The position numbers were made by a program, and so were the translations under genes. A DNA stretch of 30,212 nt from a bacterium (lineage in GTDB: Bacteria; Hinthialibacterota; Hinthialibacteria; Hinthialibacterales; Hinthialibacteraceae), in assembly GCA_041946805.1 (NCBI GenBank), contig JBHGBC010000061.1, positions 1-30,212 of the forward strand, read 5' to 3'. Under the pieces are notes generated by a model. The model was not told the DNA's origin. It saw only the letters and a program-made list of their open reading frames with translations, and did no database searches. Positions 26,188-30,212 of the stretch are shown here, in pieces; position 1 is the first letter of the stretch; the number at the start of each line of letters is the position of its first letter.

Positions 26188-26835
26188 TCACTCCAAAAAC
26201 GTCAGCCCCTGGGCGATGGCGTAGCGGGTCAGCTCGGCGATGGAATGGAGGTTGAGTTTGGTCATGATGTTCTTGCGGTGGGCTTCGACGGTGCGCTCGC
26301 TGACGCACAGGAGCGCCGAGATTTCCTTGGTCGCTTTTCCCTCGGCCAAAAGCTGCAGGACCTCCCGTTCGCGGGGGGTGAGGACCGCGTCGGCCGCGTC
26401 GCCTCCCGGTGTGGATTTCCGCAAGTAGGCGACCACCGAGTCGATCACCTTAGGGCTGAGGTAGGTCTGGTTTTGAGTGGCCGCGCGGATGGCGGTGGCC
26501 AGCTCCTTGAATGCGCAGCTCTTGGGCAGATAGCCGGACGCGCCGGCCCGGATCATCCGCGCCACGTATTGGTTGTCGGTGTGCACCGACAGGCCGATGA
26601 CCTTGCAATTCGGGAAATCCTGCCGGATCTGGCGCGTGGCCTCGATGCCGTTGAGGTCCGGCATGCTGATGTCCATGATCACCACGTCGGGCGACAATTC
26701 GCGCACCCGCTGGAGGGTCTCGCGCCCGTTTTCGGCCTCGCCCGCGACCAGCATGTCCGGCTCTTTTTCGATCAGCGGCTTCAGACCCTCGCGGATGATG
26801 GCGTGGTCATCGGCCAGGATGATTTTGATCTTCAT
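26188..26835 (-). CDS. NarL/LuxR family response regulator (REC + LuxR HTH)
   Basis: LADDH, MDISMPDLNG and GYLPK in the receiver domain; LTPREREVLQLLAEG...TVEAHRKNIMTKL in the HTH. Confidence 0.96.
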   Translation of the reverse strand: MKIKIILADDHAIIREGLKPLIEKEPDMLVAGEAENGRETLQRVRELSPDVVIMDISMPDLNGIEATRQIRQDFPNCKVIGLSVHTDNQYVARMIRAGASGYLPKSCAFKELATAIRAATQNQTYLSPKVIDSVVAYLRKSTPGGDAADAVLTPREREVLQLLAEGKATKEISALLCVSERTVEAHRKNIMTKLNLHSIAELTRYAIAQGLTFLE

Positions 26836-29800
26836 GGTTGGGATTCTCCCGCGTGGAGGATGCGTCCCGCCAGGGAACTTCGAGAATCACCCGGGTCCGC
26901 GTTCCCGTCTGGCTTTGGATCGTCATTTCACCGCCGATTTGCTGCAACCGTTCGCGGATGCTGAAGAGGCCGAAGCCGTCGGCTCCGCTGAGGCGGATAT
27001 CGGGCGCGAAGCCAATCCCCCGGTCGATCACCTCGATGCGCAAGTGGTGTGGGGAAGCCTGGATGACCAGCTCCGCCTCCCGCACCCGCGCGTGCTTCAC
27101 CACGTTGAGGAGCAATTCCCGCGTGGCGCGATACAAAAAATACCGCAGGTCGCCGGTCAACAGGGGGAGGGGGGAATCCATCCGGCACTCGACGTGGACA
27201 CCGTGCTGGATTTCGATCTGGTCGGCCAGTTGTTCCATCGCGGCCTCGAAACCCACCTCGTAGAGGATCGGCGGGCAGAGTTCCAGGGTTAACGCGCGGG
27301 AATGCTGCAAGGTGCGGTCGATGAGGCCCTTCACGGTTTCAAGTCCGCCCGCCGCGGCCGTGGGCGCCAGCGATTCCTGGATGCCCTCGAGCTGGATCAG
27401 GGACAGCGCCAGGTTCTGGCCGATCGTGTCGTGCAGGTCGGCGGCCAGGCGGCGGCGTTCGCGCTCTTCCGCCAGGGAGAGCTCGGAAGCCAGGCTTTGC
27501 AGTTGTTTTTGATACGCCACCACCTTCTCGTAGGCCGTCTTGATCTGTTTCGCGTCCTGGAGCAGGTGTTGATTGGCGAGGGTCAGTTCCTGCGTGCGTT
27601 CGGCCACCAGGCGGCCGAGGTTGCGGTGATACGAAAAATGCCCCGCCAGCGAGACGCCCAGCAGCACCGTGCCGAGGCCGAACAGAGCCAGGAGCACCGG
27701 CTCCCGGTACCAGGGCAACATGACGGTGAAAGGATACACGGCGGGGGTGGGATCCACGTTCCAGTTGCGGTCCATGGCCCGCGCCTCGAAGCGGTGCCGC
27801 CCCGCCTTGGCCACCGGCACTTGGGCCACGGTGTCCGGCGCGAAGGGCCGCCAGGGGCCGTCATCCACCCGCCAGGAATACAGCAGGCGCCCGGCGCGGA
27901 TGTATTTCCATTTGTCCACGCCTTGAAAGAAGAACTTCACTTCGCCCAGCAGCATGCGGTTGGCGTTCAGCTCCCGGGGGATGTAGGTTTGGGGCGGATC
28001 GCGGTCCGCCTCGGGATGATAGAGGCTGATACCCCGCGTGGTCCCCGCCCAGATCCGGTTGCGCCGGTCTTCGTACACCTCGAACACGGCGGCGTTGGGC
28101 AGCCCGTCTTCGTAGGTCAGAGTGACCCATGATCCGTCCTTATAGCGATGCAGGCCGGATCCCGAGGCCACCCAGAGGCTCCCGTCGCGTCCCTGATGGA
28201 TGGAGCGCACGCCGTCCAGTCCCGCGCGGATGGCTTTCCACTCCGCGCCGTTCCACTCGTGGATCGCGTCGCGGCCGCCCACCCAGATCCGGTGGTCATC
28301 GAGCGGGCAGATGCAATTCGCGGCGGTGTCGGTGTAGCCTTCATCCGGGCCGAACCAATGGAACTCGCCGCCCCGGCAGCGGACCAATCCCTCCAGCCCC
28401 GCGAACCAGAAATTTCCCTGGCCGTCCGCGTACAGATGACGCAGGTTGGGATCGATTTCCCCGGGATGGGCGCTGGAGATCACCGTTTGAAACCGCGCGC
28501 CGTCATAGGTTTCGATCCGCGTTTCCGTATCATGGCGGGTGACGGCCCAGATTCCGTCCGGTGGATTCGCGGCGATGAGAACGATGTCAAATTGTTCCGG
28601 ATGCCGCGCCGTTTCGTAGCGCGCCGTTTCCGGATCGAAAAGCAGCAGGCCGTTGCTGGCTTTGACCGCCAGCCGCCCGTCCGCCAAGGGGACCAGGGAT
28701 TCGGTCAGCAGTTCCTGCGATTGCGCTCCGGACGGGAAGGTATATTCGGTCCACTGGTCCTCGCGCAGGCAGAGCAGCGACTGCGCGGCCACAAACCACA
28801 CGCGCCCCCGGGTATCTTCGCGGATATCATGGATCACTCCGTTCCACGAAGCCGCCGGGGGAGGCGTGCGCCAGGCGGCGGGCGCGTGGCGGGCGAGTCC
28901 CTCGCTGGTGGCCAGCCAGAAGGCGCCGCCGGCTTCACGGGCCATGCCGATCAATACCCGCGAGAGCACTTTGTTTTGCTCGACCTCCACGGCCTGCTGG
29001 TTTTCGATATAGGTCAACGTAAAAGGTGAATGAAAAATCCATAGCGCCTCGTCGATGCCTGACCAACCGCGCGCGACATCCCAGGACGGATTTTCATAAA
29101 GCACGCGGCAAATTTGGCGTTCGAAGCGCGCCAGCACTCGCTTTTGGGTGGGGGAATACAAGGCGGTGGCGAAGATCTCGCCCTGGTCCCCGGCGGTGAG
29201 GCTGGAAATTTCCGACAGGCCGTAGGATTCCGGGGTCAGCCGTTCCTCCCAGGACGAGAGGAGGCTGCCGGTGTTTTCCAAAAGGGCGTGGGCCATTCCA
29301 TTGCGGCCGCCGATCCAAATGTCACATAGATCCTCCCTGGCCGGGATCACCAGCCAATCGTTGAAGGCTCCCAGATTGGAATCGGCGGCCGATTTCAAGA
29401 GTTCGGTTTGATGGGAGGCGGCGTCAAAACGGGAGATCCGGTCCGGCAGCAGGAAGATCACCCGGTCCTTCGATACCGGAAAGAAGGGAACCGTGGAGTT
29501 TTGTATGCCGGGCACGGAATAGGGAATCCAGCGTCCCGCGCGGATGTCGTTCCCGTATTCATAGCGCTGAAACCCGCCGGAATGGATGGACCAGATGGTC
29601 CCGGAAGGCGTTTCATACACGGGGACGCCTACTCCTGGACTGGGAAGGTTGATGACCTCGTATCCATCCAAGAGGCTCATCCACGCGACATGCCCGTGAT
29701 TGACCAGCACCCGCCCGGCCGGGCTGACGAACACCGCGTTCGAACACGATTCGCCCAGGCCGTCCTCGTTGAGCCAAAACCGCCAGTGCGGAGGAGGCTG

Positions 29801-29926
29801 GGCTGCCCCGGCCCAAACCGGATGGAGAATGAGGGCCAGCGTGATCCAACCGGATCCGGACACGGCGGCCCGGAAGGATCGTAGAAGGAAAGCCCAAGAG
29901 GAGCGCTGCCGATCGATGAGGAACAT
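26807..29926 (-). CDS. Sensor histidine kinase: extracytoplasmic beta-propellers + Y_Y_Y domain, TM helix, HisKA_3, HATPase_c
   Basis: Reg_prop repeats (EDTRGRVWF, DGSLWVAS.SGL, DGLPNAAV..VYEDRRNRIWAGT.RGI). Y_Y_Y-like YSWRVDDGPW..GRHRFEARA..PWY. TM segment, ERRRLAADLHD, NVVKHA, DRGIGF and GFGL. Start uncertain (ATG 29926 preferred; the frame is open to 30184). Overlaps the regulator by 29 nt. Confidence 0.9.
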   Translation of the reverse strand: MFLIDRQRSSWAFLLRSFRAAVSGSGWITLALILHPVWAGAAQPPPHWRFWLNEDGLGESCSNAVFVSPAGRVLVNHGHVAWMSLLDGYEVINLPSPGVGVPVYETPSGTIWSIHSGGFQRYEYGNDIRAGRWIPYSVPGIQNSTVPFFPVSKDRVIFLLPDRISRFDAASHQTELLKSAADSNLGAFNDWLVIPAREDLCDIWIGGRNGMAHALLENTGSLLSSWEERLTPESYGLSEISSLTAGDQGEIFATALYSPTQKRVLARFERQICRVLYENPSWDVARGWSGIDEALWIFHSPFTLTYIENQQAVEVEQNKVLSRVLIGMAREAGGAFWLATSEGLARHAPAAWRTPPPAASWNGVIHDIREDTRGRVWFVAAQSLLCLREDQWTEYTFPSGAQSQELLTESLVPLADGRLAVKASNGLLLFDPETARYETARHPEQFDIVLIAANPPDGIWAVTRHDTETRIETYDGARFQTVISSAHPGEIDPNLRHLYADGQGNFWFAGLEGLVRCRGGEFHWFGPDEGYTDTAANCICPLDDHRIWVGGRDAIHEWNGAEWKAIRAGLDGVRSIHQGRDGSLWVASGSGLHRYKDGSWVTLTYEDGLPNAAVFEVYEDRRNRIWAGTTRGISLYHPEADRDPPQTYIPRELNANRMLLGEVKFFFQGVDKWKYIRAGRLLYSWRVDDGPWRPFAPDTVAQVPVAKAGRHRFEARAMDRNWNVDPTPAVYPFTVMLPWYREPVLLALFGLGTVLLGVSLAGHFSYHRNLGRLVAERTQELTLANQHLLQDAKQIKTAYEKVVAYQKQLQSLASELSLAEERERRRLAADLHDTIGQNLALSLIQLEGIQESLAPTAAAGGLETVKGLIDRTLQHSRALTLELCPPILYEVGFEAAMEQLADQIEIQHGVHVECRMDSPLPLLTGDLRYFLYRATRELLLNVVKHARVREAELVIQASPHHLRIEVIDRGIGFAPDIRLSGADGFGLFSIRERLQQIGGEMTIQSQTGTRTRVILEVPWRDASSTRENPNHEDQNHPGR

Positions 29927-30124
29927 CCCATGTTCACGCGGAGGGAATATGAAATTTACATCCGCGCCCCCAATTTTAATACCATTTTTCATCTCGCGAA
30001 AAGAGTGTGCCGGATTTTTCAGCGGGCGCGACCGGATTTTCCTGGGGGAACTCATTACCTGAACGCGGAACTTTCTCCGTGCTTTTTTCGGGGTATAAGC
30101 ATGCACGGAATAGCGAGACGATTG

Positions 30125-30153
30125 CCCTCTCCCTCTGGGAGAGCGGCTGTGGT
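30125..30153. repeat. REP-like palindrome, copy 2 (inverted relative to copy 1)
   Basis: Reverse complement ACCACAGCCGCTCTCCCAGAGGGAGAGGG versus ACCCTGGCCCTCTCCCAGAGGGAGAGGG at 1577-1604. Confidence 0.7.
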
Positions 30154-30212
30154 CCAATGGGAGTCCGTTGGCCCATTGGTCCAAGGCGCCTGGGGGAAAC
30201 CCCGTTTTCCAT

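Noticed and set aside
29927..30184. 86-aa N-terminal extension of the histidine kinase in the ORF track
   Set aside because: It runs through a REP element and AT-rich promoter-like DNA, and would bury the signal/TM segment. A later ATG is more plausible.
1..30212. CRISPR arrays, tRNA/rRNA genes, IS transposases and integrases
   Set aside because: No regularly spaced repeats, cloverleaf-like segments or DDE/tyrosine/serine recombinase motifs were seen.

Overview
GC-rich bacterial genomic DNA with a short AT-richer segment at the left end (about 1-1560; composition judged by eye, not computed). From left to right: (1) an accessory segment with a small DnaD-motif ORF and a Zn-ribbon/wHTH/nucleoside-deoxyribosyltransferase-like gene, flanked by degenerate attC-like ends and followed by two REP-like hairpins; (2) a minus-strand operon of three exported proteins (a 1609-aa FG-GAP plus beta-rich giant, an 812-aa multi-FN3 protein and a 551-aa papain-like Cys-His-Asp protein) with its own sigma70-like promoter, long leader and terminator; (3) a divergent 1296-aa GH116-fold protein that appears to have lost its catalytic residues; (4) GDPD, PIN-PhoH and ytxJ; (5) a tandem pair of TPR-DUF3857-transglutaminase-like proteins, one with an intact triad and one degenerate; (6) a beta-propeller/Y_Y_Y HisKA_3 sensor kinase with a NarL-type regulator. 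No rRNA, tRNA, CRISPR array, transposase or integrase was seen. The best candidates for an undescribed system are the three-gene secreted operon and the three exported proteins that share a 'W-x-x-x-GPF' module, two of which look like pseudoenzymes. All family calls come from motif reading; no database searches were run.
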